Source: Octopus sinensis
Lineage: Eukaryota
DNA: 64,000 nt
NCBI RefSeq assembly: GCF_006345805.1
Contig: NC_043000.1
Coordinates: 72,540,001 to 72,604,000, forward strand
Direction of reading: 5' to 3'
Positions 13,226-25,550 of the stretch are shown in pieces; positions within the stretch are counted from its first letter, which is position 1; every line of letters starts with the position of its first letter. Position numbers and translations under genes: made by a program. The notes beneath the pieces were generated by a model. It had not been told where the DNA came from, did no database searches, and was given only the letters and a program-made list of their open reading frames with translations.

Positions 13226-13353
13226 AGGTATGTTTAACAGGAACTTTAAGCAGATATAAACAATAGAATCAATCTAAAGAGAATATCAATGAGATTTGCA
13301 GTCTATAGAGAAGTAAGGGGTAACGCTATAAAAATACGAAGGAAGAGAATACT

Positions 13354-14228
13354 TTATTTACATTGAGTCAAAAGATTTGCAATATTTTGGTAACTTACTC
13401 GTTTTATTCGTCAAGTTACAACAAGAGCGACTTAGCATTCGAAGCAGAGACCATCGTGTTGCACTATCTGATGCCACCTTTCTCCAGTTTTATGATCCCA
13501 CGCTGATACAAGTTCTTGCCATTCGAGTTGAACAACTCCTTCACAGAAGCTTCCATCTCTTCTTGGTTCATGATGTGTCGCGAGCGCAGGAAGTGAGCCA
13601 TGGATCGGAACAAGTAATAATCCAAAAGACCTAGGTTCAGACTATATGTTGTATTGAATATGACATCCGTTTGGTGCTCTCAAGTTCCTGGAGTTTATTC
13701 CGGGTCATTCGAACGGTATGAGGGATCTTATTGTCTTCCTTCAGAAGAGAGCACTTTCTGTTAAGCAATACCAGGTGTGTTTGCCGCACAATGGCATACG
13801 TCCGCTTCAGCTCTTCGGAGTAACAGATTGACATCGCTAGTTTGGCCATCCAGAACGAAGTCGTAGTTAATCATCTCCTCATAAATTCCACCAGGAGCAG
13901 AGCATCACTCTGTGTTCGAAACAAGTTCCTGAAGCTGGCCTTTGCTTAAATAACCATTGCTTAAATATCTCCCTCGGATTATTACGTGTTCCGACCCATG
14001 GCTCACTTCCTGCACTCGCGACCAAGAATAAGTGAAAGATTCAAGGAAGAGTTCTTCGCCTCGAATGGGAAGACTTGCTATCAGCAATGTCAAAGGGCAT
14101 AAAGGTGGTTTTAGACGGTGCAACACGATGACCTCTACTCTGAATGCTAGGCCGCTTTTGTTGCATCTTGACGAATAAAGGAAATAAGTCACCAAAATAT
14201 TATATAACTTTTGATTCAAAGTAATAAT
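13354..14228 (-). mobile_element. Mariner-derived element with its 3' end duplicated in inverted orientation at both termini
   Basis: The minus strand gives LLNRKCSLLKEDNKIPHTVRMTRNKLQEL (DN..PH) and DYYLFRSMAHFL...YQRGI (mariner C-terminus). 13354-13625 is the reverse complement of 13975-14228 at ~80% identity. Confidence 0.75.
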
Positions 14229-14729
14229 TAAAATATAGATAATTATATAATTAATTCAAACACTTTTCAGGTAAGGATAATTATATGTGACGACGTACAA
14301 GAATTATCGTCCGTTGAAATAATTATCAGTAGTCGGTAATTTTGTGCTCTACATATTAAATTGAAATGAAACTTAAAAAGAGATAATTGAATAATAAAAC
14401 AAAAGAATTATAAAATTACAGATCTTTACAGGTAGATAAAAAATTACATTATATCGTACTTATTTACCTAAAAGAGAAATATGTTACGTTCAAAATTTTA
14501 ATTATTATTATTATTATTATTTATAAAACTTTGCAAAATTGAGACTTAACGATAATTAATCATTAATATTCAATATTATAAAAACTTAATCTTACTACTA
14601 CCATATCACATATCAGTCGTATTATATTAAACATTAAGATTCGAACTATTGCATAATAAAGGTTGAAATGGTTGGTGTAAGAAATACTCCAATATTTTAA
14701 TTATCTTTTGGTACAACAATTACTACAGG

Positions 14730-15436
14730 AATACTCGGATCTCTTCAGTTTCGCTCACAGATTATTTAATTAATTTTCTTTAACTAAACAGTTTGAAACT
14801 TCGTATACTGGTGTAAGTTATCACGCTGATCATGGTCTACTTTCAACATACTTGACAAAATTTCGTATTTTAGAAGTTATTTCGTGTTGTAGTTGGGTAA
14901 TTTTAACTAATCAACGACTTGTATTCAGCTAAAGAAAGCTACTGCTGATTGCAATAATAATCGAAGAGCAAACATTTCGGGGTTGCCTCTACTAAATGTC
15001 ACCACTCTGTTCTATTTCATTTTTGTTTACTGCTTGTGTTGCATATTTTTTGGTCTCTTTTTTTGCTTTTCGATCGCAAATGTACAAAGAGGATATCGAA
15101 AAGCAAACAAACCGTGTAGTATGCAACACAGACAGTAAACGAAAATAAAATAGAACAGAGTGGTGACATTTAGTAGAGATGACCCGGAAGTTGTTGCTCT
15201 TCGATTACTATCGCAAACAGCAGTAGCTTTCTTCAGCTGAATGCACGTCGTTGATTGGTTAAAATTGCCCAAATACGACAACTTTAACACGAAATAACTT
15301 CTAAAATACGAAATTTTGTCAAAAAATGTTGAAAGTAAACCGTGTTCAGCTGAGAAATTACACCAGTATGCAAAGTTTCAAACTGTTTAGTTAAAAAAAA
15401 ATTAATCTATGAGCGAAACTGAGGAGATCCTAATAC
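14730..15436. mobile_element. MITE-like element with ~300-bp terminal inverted repeats
   Basis: Left 'ggatctcttcagtttcgctca...ttaactaaacagtttgaaac...' pairs with right '...gtttcaaactgtttagttaa...tgagcgaaactgaggagatcc'. The short spacer is non-coding. A related copy lies at 26400-27287. Confidence 0.8.
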
Positions 15437-17153
15437 TCCAACCATAATAATTATTTCGTTTGGTTGCATATGTAGGAGCATCTGAAACTCAGTTTCTCAA
15501 ACTTATTAACAACGTTCTTCTACATCGCAACATCTCTAGAATTTCCACCAAAGTTTTGACATGGTATATCTTACAATAAACCAGGAAATTGTGTAATTAA
15601 TCCCTACCTTTTTGAAATTTGTAGACAAGATTTGAGGTTACAACGGCGCATTTATAAGCAATATTCTTAGATTTATTATTCAGTGGATATTCCGTCGGTT
15701 TAATGAAGTTATACATTTCTTCATTCATTGATAGCATGTTAAAAGCTAGTGTGTGTGTGTGAGAGAGAATTGTGTGCGTGCGCGCGCGTATATATGTACT
15801 TGGTTGTTGCATTTAGTTAACAAGATTCTTAATGTGATTCATATGCTGAAACAAAATCTTGTATTGGCAAGGTCATTACGCCAATAATAATAAAACCTGC
15901 ACTAGTTCAATATCATTCCTTTATTGTTAGACAATTGGCTAAATATCTAACCAACTAAATAATGTTTTGTTTGTGTAATATACTGGTTAAATAATCAATC
16001 AGTTGTTTATTTGCCAAAGTCCTTTTACTGCTATTCGTGAACTTTTCAGAAACTTACTTCCCTCTTCGTGGTCTGCTCTGAATGTGTCCGAGCATTGGTC
16101 TAATGCCTGTGTGTACGTATGCTTGCATATGTCTATGTAGATATATGCTAGCTTAAAAGACGAGCTAAGTATGAAAGTAAACGAATAGTGTCTGTGTGTG
16201 CATGTGCATGCACCTGCATGTGTGTACGTGTACATGTGCGCGCATGTGCATGTGTCTGCGTTTGTGTGTGTACACTTGCATAACTGCTTGTATGTGTGGA
16301 GGGGAACGAGCGCGCGCACACACACACGCATACTCACATGAACATATTCAAGCATGCACCCGCGCGCACACAGACACACACACATGCACACGTAAACATA
16401 CACACATACAGAAAGCAAGGATACACATCCACACACAACACACGTACACATGTACACGTACACACAGGCACGTAGGCATACAATGGCATACATACGCACA
16501 CACCCACATATATGCACAGGCACACGCGCACATAAGTGCACACACACGCGTACGCAGGAACACATGCGCGCACACACGAGACCGCACACGCGCAAGCATA
16601 CGCATAGACGCTTACCTATTCAAAAATGTCACATAACCGCATGCACACATATACTGGAATATACTCACATAAGCAAACACATTCACACACACATACGAAT
16701 ATACACATCTATAGAACCGATTCAAGGTCACGAACACACAAACTAGACCACACACACACAACCGCGCACGCGCAGGTACCCCTACGCACATCTACCCTAT
16801 TTTCCTCTCACACAAACATGCAAACACACAAACATACACATCCATGCACGCACAAATACATACAGACAAACTCTTCGTTTAATTTCCACCTTTATCTCCT
16901 CTTCTAAGCAAACACACCTCTACAGACACACGTACAAGCATACATACACACAGGTATAGGACCAATACTCGGGTGAACTCAGAGCAGACCAAAGACTATG
17001 ACTATCAAAACACCGATTGATTGTTCAACCAACATATCAAACAAACGATCGATTATTTAGTTGCTTAACAATAAAGGAGTGATAAGGAATCAGTGTTTAT
17101 GCTATTATTATTGGCGTAATTATCTGCCCAAGACACAACAATATATATATATA

Positions 17154-17430
17154 TATATTACAATTAATAAGAGGAATGACCACTAAAGTGGATTCCTATA
17201 CGCTAGAGATAGACGTCAAATCGCCTTACCACAAAGAATATGCTCTCAAGAAAAAAAACCCACCAAACGCCAAAATGTAAAAAATAATTTTTTACATTTT
17301 TTTTTTTACATTTTGGCATTTGGTGGTTTTTTTCTTGAGAACACACTCTTTGTGGTAAGGCGATTTGACATCTATCTCTAGCGTATAGGAATCCACTTTA
17401 GTGGTCATTCCACTTATTAATTGTAATATA
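17154..17430. mobile_element. Palindromic (fold-back) MITE-like element, ~130-bp arms
   Basis: tattacaattaataagaggaatgaccactaaagtggattcctatacgctagag... is mirrored by ...ctctagcgtataggaatccactttagtggtcattccacttattaattgtaata with only a few mismatches. Confidence 0.85.
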
Positions 17431-17689
17431 ATTTTAAATCTTCGGATTTTTTTTAATATGATAGACCACTGGTTTAAATTGATGTTAATTGATTGATATC
17501 AATTTCTACCCTCATTATTTTAATTTATATATATATATAATACTGGTTTCAAATTTTGGCACAATGCCAGATATACACACGCGCGCGTGACACCCCATAA
17601 AATATTGTTTTATACTTATTTTAACTTCAAATGGTTTATATTTTTCTATTTATTGACATTTTTATGTTTCCGGTTCTATCTGTGACTGT

Positions 17690-18400
17690 GTAATCATGTC
17701 ACGTACAAAAGAAGCCTTGAAACTATACGAATTTCGAAGAGGTCGTATCGTGGGTCATTCTGAAAGTGTACTTCAGCGTAAAATCGCAAAAAACTTCTAC
17801 AGTTAATAAAGTGATTGTGCAATTCACCAGAGAGGGAAAGGAGTCCACATGACGTCGACAAGGAGCCTCTGCCAGGACCCTTCGCTTTGTTACGTGAAGT
17901 GTGGAAGGGCTCTAACATAGCAGAACAAGTTGATGTCAGTCCCAGAACAGCTATCAGGTATCTCCACAAACTTGGCTACTATGGCAGAGCAGAATGAAGG
18001 AAGCCACTTCTTCGACCAGAAAAGATTGGGCCAGTGAGATAGTGGAGTAACCACTAGCATTTTGAGACACTGACATATTCTCTGATGAGTCCAGATTTGC
18101 TGTATTTTCTGACAGTGGTCGAGTGTGGGTCCGGAGACTCTGTGATCAAGAATTTGACATGAAAACATTGCTGCCAACAATGAAACATGGTGGTTATTAT
18201 GTGATGGTCTGGGGAGTAATTTGTGGCAATGGTCGATCAGAGCTGATGAAGTGTGAGAGAAACATAAGCTCAGATATATATGTGTCCAAATTGCAGAAAG
18301 GACTCCTAATTTTCTCCAGTGGTGAAATGATTAAAGGAGACTCTTTATTTATGGAATGGGGCTCCTTGTCATATGGCTAAAAAGACCCAAAATTAGTTGG
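17690..18400 (+). mobile_element. Degraded Tc1-like transposase
   Basis: IFSDESRF at ~18073, LLPTMKHGGYYVMVWGVICGNG, and a degenerate 'DGAPCH' block near 18360. An HTH-like region (RTAIRYLHKLGYYGR) lies upstream. Confidence 0.8.
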
Positions 18401-18694
18401 ACCACACGTCACTCACGTTCCTTCCAAGTACTAGTGTAAACACCGGGAGTGAGCTAGAACGTTAAAACTTAGCGCGCATGCACAGTAGAGTTCAAGGTCA
18501 ATCTGTCAAAGTCAATCGGCTTTCCTCAGCGTGCTTTAGTTACCATGTCAACAGTCCGGATACTTATTGATCAGACCATATTATATATATATCCTCTTTC
18601 TAGCAAGCAGGCGTCTCGTGTGTCCTCAATTATAATGATAAAGTGGCCAGCAAACATAATCCAAATATGCAAAATATATAAAATGTCAGGGAGC

Positions 18695-18951
18695 AATATG
18701 CATCTGTTTGCTTGAAAGAGTAATTAAAATCCTCCAAAACCACGCATCTCACAATACGCACAGAAAATATAGCAAATATATTTCTCCGAAACAGTCCTCC
18801 CACTTGCATAATACAAAAAGGAACATAGACAAATGGGAGGACTGTTTGGGAGAAATATATTTGTTATATTCTCCGTGCGTGTTTAAATATTGTGAGAGAT
18901 GCGTGGTTTGGGAGGATTTTAACTCCTCTTTCAAGCAAACAGGTACATATT
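18695..18951. mobile_element. Palindromic MITE-like element, ~110-bp arms
   Basis: aatatgcatctgtttgcttgaaagag...aaacagtcctcccacttg pairs with caaatgggaggactgttt...ctctttcaagcaaacaggtacatatt. Confidence 0.8.
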
Positions 18952-19139
18952 GTACTCTGACTTTATATGTATATAGATAGATAGATAGATAGATAGAGGG
19001 AGGGAGAGAGAGAGAGGGGGGGTGCGATGGGTAAATTGTTACGATTTTACATTTTTAATTTTGTGCATACGCAGTTTGCTTTTTAGTTTATCGATTACAC
19101 AGTATAGTAAGGTCAGTTGGGCACCATCTGTGAGAAAAA

Positions 19140-19790
19140 CAGCACCTATGCTGCAATTCACTCTGCCAGAAATTTGGAAACATCATGCTGTACTGCTTGG
19201 CATTCGAACTGGAAGCTACAATACGAACATTTCGGAGTGTTTGGGTGTCAACCTGAGGACAGTGCAATGTGAGGACACGTACCGAGAGTGATAAAAATCA
19301 AACATTCAGTCAACATCATGGTGTTTTGAGTGATCATTAGTGATGGAGACGTTATGATTCCATTCATCTTCCCACACAGCCTCAGACTCAACACAGAGGC
19401 CTACATCAAGTGCCTGGAGGACGTAGTGCTGCTCTGGGTCAAGAGGGTAGCTGTCAGACAATTTCTGCGACCACATCACCCCTAACATCTGGCCACCTAA
19501 CTCCCAGACTGCAACCTCCTTGATCTTGATTATTATATGTAGGGTGCAGATGATGTTACAACAGAACTTGTAGCACCAAAGATGAACTGAAGGCGAAGAT
19601 TATAGCAGCATTCACCAACATAAACAAGGAGACCGTCAAGAAGAGTAACAGGACATTCTGAAGTCGTCTGGCGATTTTTATTGGATAAATTTACTCGTTA
19701 GTAAATTTTAGTAATTTTTTTAAATAGTAATTTTGTTAAATATATCTGTTAAAATGAGATGTCTGTTACTTTCATTTTTGCGTAATTTAG
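19140..19790 (+). mobile_element. Internally deleted Tc1/mariner-family remnant
   Basis: HAVLLGIRTG...ECLGVNLRTVQ (HTH) is followed by fragments resembling VMVFGVI.SDGDVM.PFIF...LNTEAYIKCL and WPPNSPDCN.LD. Confidence 0.7.
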
Positions 19791-19817
19791 ACGACGGTTT
19801 ATTTACCGCACTCTGTG

Positions 19818-19852
<35 letters not shown>

Positions 19853-19853
<1 letters not shown>

Positions 19854-20162
19854 GAGGCGCAATGGCTCAGTGGTTAGGGCAGCGGACTCGCGGTCGTAGG
19901 ATCGCGGTTTCGATTCCCAGACCGGGCGTTGTGAGTGTTTATTGAGGGAAAACACCTAAAGCTCCGTTAGGCTCCAGCAGGGGGTAGTAGTGATCCTTGC
20001 TGTACTCTTTCGCCACAACTTTCTCTCACTCATTCTTCTGTTGTCCTGCTCGCTTAGCCATCGGGGTGGCGTCATTTGAAGGCTAAAACAATGCGAAGCG
20101 CATTGTGACCAGCGATGTGTAGCAGCATCTGATAGCCTGGTCGGTCACGGTGATCACGGTGA
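19853..20162 (+). mobile_element. tRNA-derived SINE, apparently full length
   Basis: A box TGGCTCAGTGG and B box GGTTTCGATTCCC lie in a tRNA-like head, followed by a ~230-bp body ending in 'cacggtgat' repeats and (TA)n. A related head is on the minus strand at 60770-60935. Confidence 0.85.
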
Positions 20163-20232
<70 letters not shown>

Positions 20233-20251
20233 TATATCTATGCATACATAG

Positions 20252-20285
<34 letters not shown>

Positions 20286-20291
<6 letters not shown>

Positions 20292-20666
20292 TATATAGAA
20301 GGAGCTTCTACAGGACTAGTACTGTTTCATTCAAGAGAAATCTTCAGGAAGCTATTTAACAAGAATTGTATTAGCATTTATACATTTAGGCAGGTTTAAA
20401 GGAGTGGTGGTGGGGGACTTTTTTGGGGGTAGGCATAGCGCAAAATATCATACTTGGGGGAGTGGTCAAGGAGTCAGTGGTAAGTTAGGTGAAAGAATAG
20501 ATAAATAAAAAAATAAAAAATAAAAAATAAAAAATAAAAAAATAAAAAAATAAAATGTGTGCACATACATACATAAACACATATACATACACACACACAT
20601 ACGTACACATGTGTGCCTATACATACCTACACATACACACATACACATACATATATATATATATAT

Positions 20667-20727
<61 letters not shown>

Positions 20728-20776
20728 ATCCAATACAGGCCCATTCCTAAAATTAGGGAATGGGCCTGTATTGGAT

Positions 20777-20831
<55 letters not shown>

Positions 20832-21301
20832 GTGTGTATATATATATATATATGTATGTGTATGCGTGTATGTGTAGGTATGTATAGGCACACATGTGTA
20901 CGTATGTGTGTGTGTATGTATATGTGTTTATGTATGTATGTGCACACATTTTATATTTTTTTTATTTTTTTTTTTTTTTTATTTTTTTTTTTTATTTTTT
21001 TTTTTTTTTTTTATTTCTTTTATTTTTTATTTTTTATTTCTTTTATTTTTTATTTTTTATTTTTTTTTTTTTTTTATTTTTTATTTATCTATTCTTTCAC
21101 CTAACTTACCTCTGACTCCTTGACCACTCCCCCAAGTATGATATTTTGCGCTATGCCTACCCCCAAAAAAGTCCCCCACCACCACTCCTTTAAACCTGCC
21201 TAATGTATAATGCTAATACAATTCTTGTTAAATAGCTTCCTGAAGATTTCTCTTGAATGAAACAGTACTAGTCCTGTAGAAGCTCCTTCTATATAATAAA
21301 T
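20286..21301. repeat. ~1-kb near-perfect palindrome with ~2-nt loop
   Basis: The arms mirror unique sequence, A/T tracts and (TA)n/(CA)n tracts around the centre cccattcctaa-aa-ttagggaatggg (~20740-20764). Only a few substitutions separate them. Confidence 0.92.
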
Positions 21302-21367
21302 TAATTTTACTCTGCTATGTATTGAGTACCTTACTTACTGTGGTTAACCCCGGATCAACCCGGGACC

Positions 21368-21432
<65 letters not shown>

Positions 21433-22166
21433 CATATATATACATATATATATACACACACACATATATATATATATTGATAAAAATTGTAAGACAACAA
21501 AAGAATGAAAGAGACCTCGATATTATGTAAATACAGGAATTTATCTGTAAATGTAATATGTGACAATTATTCGGTAGCCATGATAAAACTCCGTGATATA
21601 TATATAGTATAGTTCTGTTCGTTCGGTCACACATTACGTGTGAGAGGGAGAGAGGGGGAGAGGAGAAAGAGATAGAGGAGAGGGAGATAGAGGAGAGAGA
21701 GAGAGATAGAGGAGAGAGAGAGGGGAGAGGAGAGAGTGATAAAGGAGAGAGAGTGTGAGAGTGAGAGAGAGGGAGTGAGTGAGAGAGAGAAATGTAAAGC
21801 GTTTAGCTGAGGGAAATTTTATAATCATATAATACATTATTGTGACTGCTTTCAGTCACAATAATGAAATAACTTAGCAAAATAGCCGTGGATGTTATCT
21901 TTTTTAATTTGCAATGGAATTGAAACTAATAAGTAAATAAAAAATATGCATATTCTCTATATCATTTTGTGTATATATTATTTGCATATGATGTAAAGTA
22001 ATTATGATAAAATATTGTGCAATAAAGAATATTCAATTATATATTGATCTTGAAATTTCAATAGAGTTAAATGCTAACGAATGATATGTGTATTGAGTAT
22101 TGTATAGATTGTTATTGTACGTCTTTCTATCATTTATTTCGCAGGCAACAATAAGATTTATAAGCA

Positions 22167-22566
22167 ACTAGCAGTATCGCCCGGCGTTGCTCGGGTTTGT
22201 AAGGGAAATAACTATATAAGCATTTTTAGTGAGTTATAGCAAAAAAATAGCAAAAAAATGCATTAAAAATGGAATAAAAACTGATGGTAATTTTTTTTTA
22301 AATCGTTGACTCATCGTAGACATTTTTAGAGAGTTACTTCCCTTATATAATAGCGAAAAAATGCATTAAAATGGAAAAAAATTATGGTAATTTTTTTTTT
22401 AAATCGTAGACTCATTGTAGACGCGCGCTAATACCCAGAAGGGCTCGATATGAATCACGACTATAAGATACCCGGTTTTGGTTAAACTGCACCGCAAAAT
22501 GTGGGAGTAGTTAGGAATCTAAATCGTAGGAGACAGACACACAACTTCACTTTTATATATAAAGAT
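22167..22566 (+). mobile_element. Non-autonomous Helitron/Helentron-associated (HINE/DINE-like) element; second 3' part at 23827-24037
   Basis: Starts ACTAG...CCCGGCGTTGCTCGGG (short hairpin) and ends TATATATAAAGAT. The second copy ends TATATATATAGAT. An adjacent ~250-bp segment is also duplicated (22567-22810 and 23570-23810). Confidence 0.6.
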
Positions 22567-22889
22567 TTGTGCAACAACTAAAACATTCGGTTGTGCAAAT
22601 TGTTTGCACAGGAAACCTGCCCTGTGTGGCGGTGTTTGCCGTTTTTGTGGATCTGTTTCAGCTTTTTTAGCGATTTCTGTATTGGCGACTTGAAGCCATG
22701 AAGTCGTTGTTCTAAAAGAACGCTGGTCTCCTTGACAACGCTTTACGACGTTGATTTCCCTACCCTGCCTTCCCCACAGCTTCACGAGGGAGGGAAGAAG
22801 GGGAGGAGCTACACAGGTGCAGGTGCGAGCATGAACGCCAACGCCGCCACCGACACACGAAAAAATTGGAAGAACCCAGACGACAGCTT

Positions 22890-23450
22890 CAGCCACCACC
22901 ACCACCACTACCACCATGACCACCACCACCACTACGCCCATGACCATCACCACCACCATCACGAAGACCACCACCACAAACATGACGAACCACCACCACC
23001 ACAAACACGACGACCACCATCGCCACCACCATCACGAAGACCACCACCACCACCACTACCACCATCATCACCACCACCACCACCACCACCACCATCATCA
23101 CCATCCCACTACCACGACGACGACCACCACCAACAACAACAACAACACCACCACCACCACCACCACCACCACTACCACCATCATCACCACCTCCTCCACC
23201 ACCACTACCACCATCATCACCATCCCACTACCACGACGACGACCACCACCAACAACAACAACAACACCACCACCACACCACCACCACCACCACCATCATC
23301 ACCATCCCACTACCACGACGACGACCACCACCAACAACAACAACAACACCACCACCACCACCACCACCACCACAAACACGACGACCACCATCACCACTAC
23401 CAGCACCACCGCCACCACCGCTGTCACTACCACCGCCTCCACCACCACCA
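22890..23450. repeat. (CAC)n/(CAA)n/(GAC)n low-complexity tract with a ~70-bp higher-order unit repeated three times
   Basis: ccaccatcatcaccatcccactaccacgacgacgaccaccaccaacaacaacaacaacacc recurs at about 23090, 23210 and 23290. Confidence 0.9.
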
Positions 23451-24129
23451 TAATATGCCTCTGCTCTCTCCTTTTGGCTACTAAATCCATTACCATATTT
23501 CACAAGTACCATCGCCATACAATATTGCCTTCAAAAGTTTGTGTTTGGATAATATTTTTTAAGTAAAAGTTGTGCAACAACTATAACATTCGGTTGTGCA
23601 AATTCTTTGCACGGGAAACCTTCCCTGTGTGGCGTATTTCCCGATTTTGTAGAATTTGCTTTCGGGCTTTCTTAGCCATTTCTGTTTTGGTGTCTTCAAG
23701 CCATGAAGTCGTTGTTCTAAAAGAACGCTGGTCTCCTTGACAACGTTTTACGACGCTGATTTCCTTACACTCCCTTCCCCACAGCTTAACGAGGGAGGGA
23801 AGAAGGGGGAGAAGTAATTTAAAAAATATGCGTTAAAATGGAAAAAAATGATGTTAAATTATTTTTAAAATCGTAGACTCATCGTAGACGTGCGCTAATA
23901 CCCAGACGGGCTCGATATGAATCACGACTATAAGATACCCAAATTTGGTTAAACTGCACCGCAAAATGTGGGAGTAGTTAGGAATCTAAATCGTAGGAGA
24001 CAGACACTCACACAACTTCACTTTTATATATATAGATATATATGCATATCATACTTTCTATCTTAAATAGTTCCTCTTAATTCTTTACGTTCCGTGGAAT
24101 TTCCATGGGTTCTGCAAGTATGTGTGTGT

Positions 24130-24182
<53 letters not shown>

Positions 24183-24695
24183 CGTGTGCGTGTGTGCGTG
24201 CGTATGCGTGCGTGTGTGTGCGTGTGTTTGCGTATGTGTGTGTGTGTGTGTGTGTGCGTGTGTATGTGTGTGTTTGTGCGCATTCTATATATATATATAT
24301 GTATGTATCTATGGCCAGATCGGAGCAATCTCAAGATTAATCAGCCGAAATTGCGAGGATGATCCGGTTCTTGACTGAAGATTGAAGACTTCGAATGTCC
24401 CGTCCGTGTTTTTTGTATCGTCTTCTAAATGTTTTACGTTCTTATCCCAGTTTGTATTTTTTACATATATATATATATATGTGTGTGTGTGGTAGTATAT
24501 ATATATATTCATTTATTCTTTTACTTGTTTCAGTCATTTGACTGCGGCCATGCAGGAACACCGTTTAAAGGGTTTTTAGTCGAAGGAATGTGAATATGTA
24601 TGTGTATAGTCTCGCTGCCCTCCCCCCGAATTCAATACCAAATAAAAGCAAAGAGCAGCCGGATCATTATAAATTTAGTTTAAAGCAATACCTAC

Positions 24696-24826
24696 ATCAT
24701 TAAATGGGTTTCCAGAACGATATCCACCATAGCTTTCTCTTGAGACTGGATCAGGCTGATATCTTTGATTTCCACCTCTAAGGAAAGGATTACCACTTGA
24801 AACGCCAGAATCTTGTTCATACATTC
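24696..24826 (-). CDS. MFSD6: MFSD6-like transporter, internal exon (GMYEQDSGVSSGNPFLRGGNQRYQPDPVSRESYGGYRSGNPFND)
   Basis: Acceptor tatattttcAG and donor GTAGGT. The exon is 131 bp and open, with phase 1 in and phase 0 out, bridging the 29845 and 10256 exons. Confidence 0.7.
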
Positions 24827-24989
24827 CTGAAAATATATTTCACCATTGGATAGGTAGAGGCTTACTTATATATTGTTTTGACTTAACTCATTATGTGAAA
24901 CAAACGAGTAGAAAGTCATTGAATCTGAACAACGCTGAACCGTACAAAATATTTAATGGTGTTCTCAGTTCGTATATATAGAAGATATA

Positions 24990-25165
24990 CAGCAATCCCT
25001 CGCTAAATCGTGGCTCATCTACTGTGCACTCAGTACATCACGGATTTTCCTTTCTAATGTAAATTTATATCGTGGACTCTTCAGTATATTGTGGGTTTCT
25101 GAGGACGATAGGTATTTTTATTTCTTTAGATTTTAATTATTTCCGCGATAGTCAAGGGATTACTG
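24990..25165. mobile_element. Tigger/pogo-like MITE with TA target duplication
   Basis: TA|CAGCAATCCCTCGCTAAATCG at the left end and CGCGATAGTCAAGGGATTACTG|TA at the right end. Confidence 0.75.
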
Positions 25166-25429
25166 TAGCACACTTCAGAGAAATGGAAATATTTTTACTA
25201 ATATGCTGCTATCTTTAAGACATAAGAAGAAGTTGTTATTTAGAAATACATTGATTGAAATAGTTTGGTAAAATGTAAATAATCATAAAAATGAACAATA
25301 AACAAAAACGCTTCGTATCTAACATTGGTAAGAATCTCAAATCATAAATTCATTTTGACATGAACGTTTGTTCATTTATGTGTTTGCGTGCGTGCGGGTG
25401 GATGGGTGTTTGTGTGTTTATATATCTTT

Positions 25430-25550
25430 TTTTCTACTCTAGGCACAAGGCCCGAAATTTGGGGGGAGGCGGCAAGTCGATTAGATCGACCACAGTACAC
25501 AACTGGTACTTAATTTATAGACGCCGAAAGGATGAGAGGCAAAGTCAACC
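25430..25550 (-). mobile_element. SINE fragment of an abundant family (further copies at 7640-7720, 27750-27935, 30380-30600, 62850-63090)
   Basis: Shared core 'ttcatcctttcggggtcgataaa...agtaccag...taatcgac...gggccttgtgc'. The 27750 copy retains a tRNA-like head (ggtagaatcgttagc...gggttcgaatgcc). Confidence 0.7.

Noticed and set aside
15597-15812. Possible Penelope GIY-YIG remnant (KPTEYPLNNKSKNIAYKC)
   Set aside because: The resemblance is too short and degenerate to support.
16058-16106. 49-bp minus-strand segment with a strong donor (AA|GTAAGT) that could be an MFSD6 cassette exon
   Set aside because: The acceptor has no polypyrimidine tract, it lies in CA-repeat sequence, and inclusion would shift the last exon out of its long open frame.
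15999-16907. Cluster of overlapping ORFs rich in H/T/C/V
   Set aside because: This is degenerate (CA)n/(TG)n sequence.
19853-19930. tRNA-like sequence
   Set aside because: The A and B boxes are present, but the anticodon and acceptor stems do not pair cleanly and a SINE body follows. It is not a tRNA gene.
22732-23566. 250-aa His/Pro-rich and 216-aa Thr-rich ORFs
   Set aside because: They are stop-free only because of the (CAC)n tract. The 5' part is a duplicated repeat segment and there is no splice or homology support.
24309-24512. Protein-like minus-strand ORF (NTNWDKNVKHLEDDTK...)
   Set aside because: It has no usable splice acceptor or recognisable homology, and the ATG lies in a TA/CA repeat.
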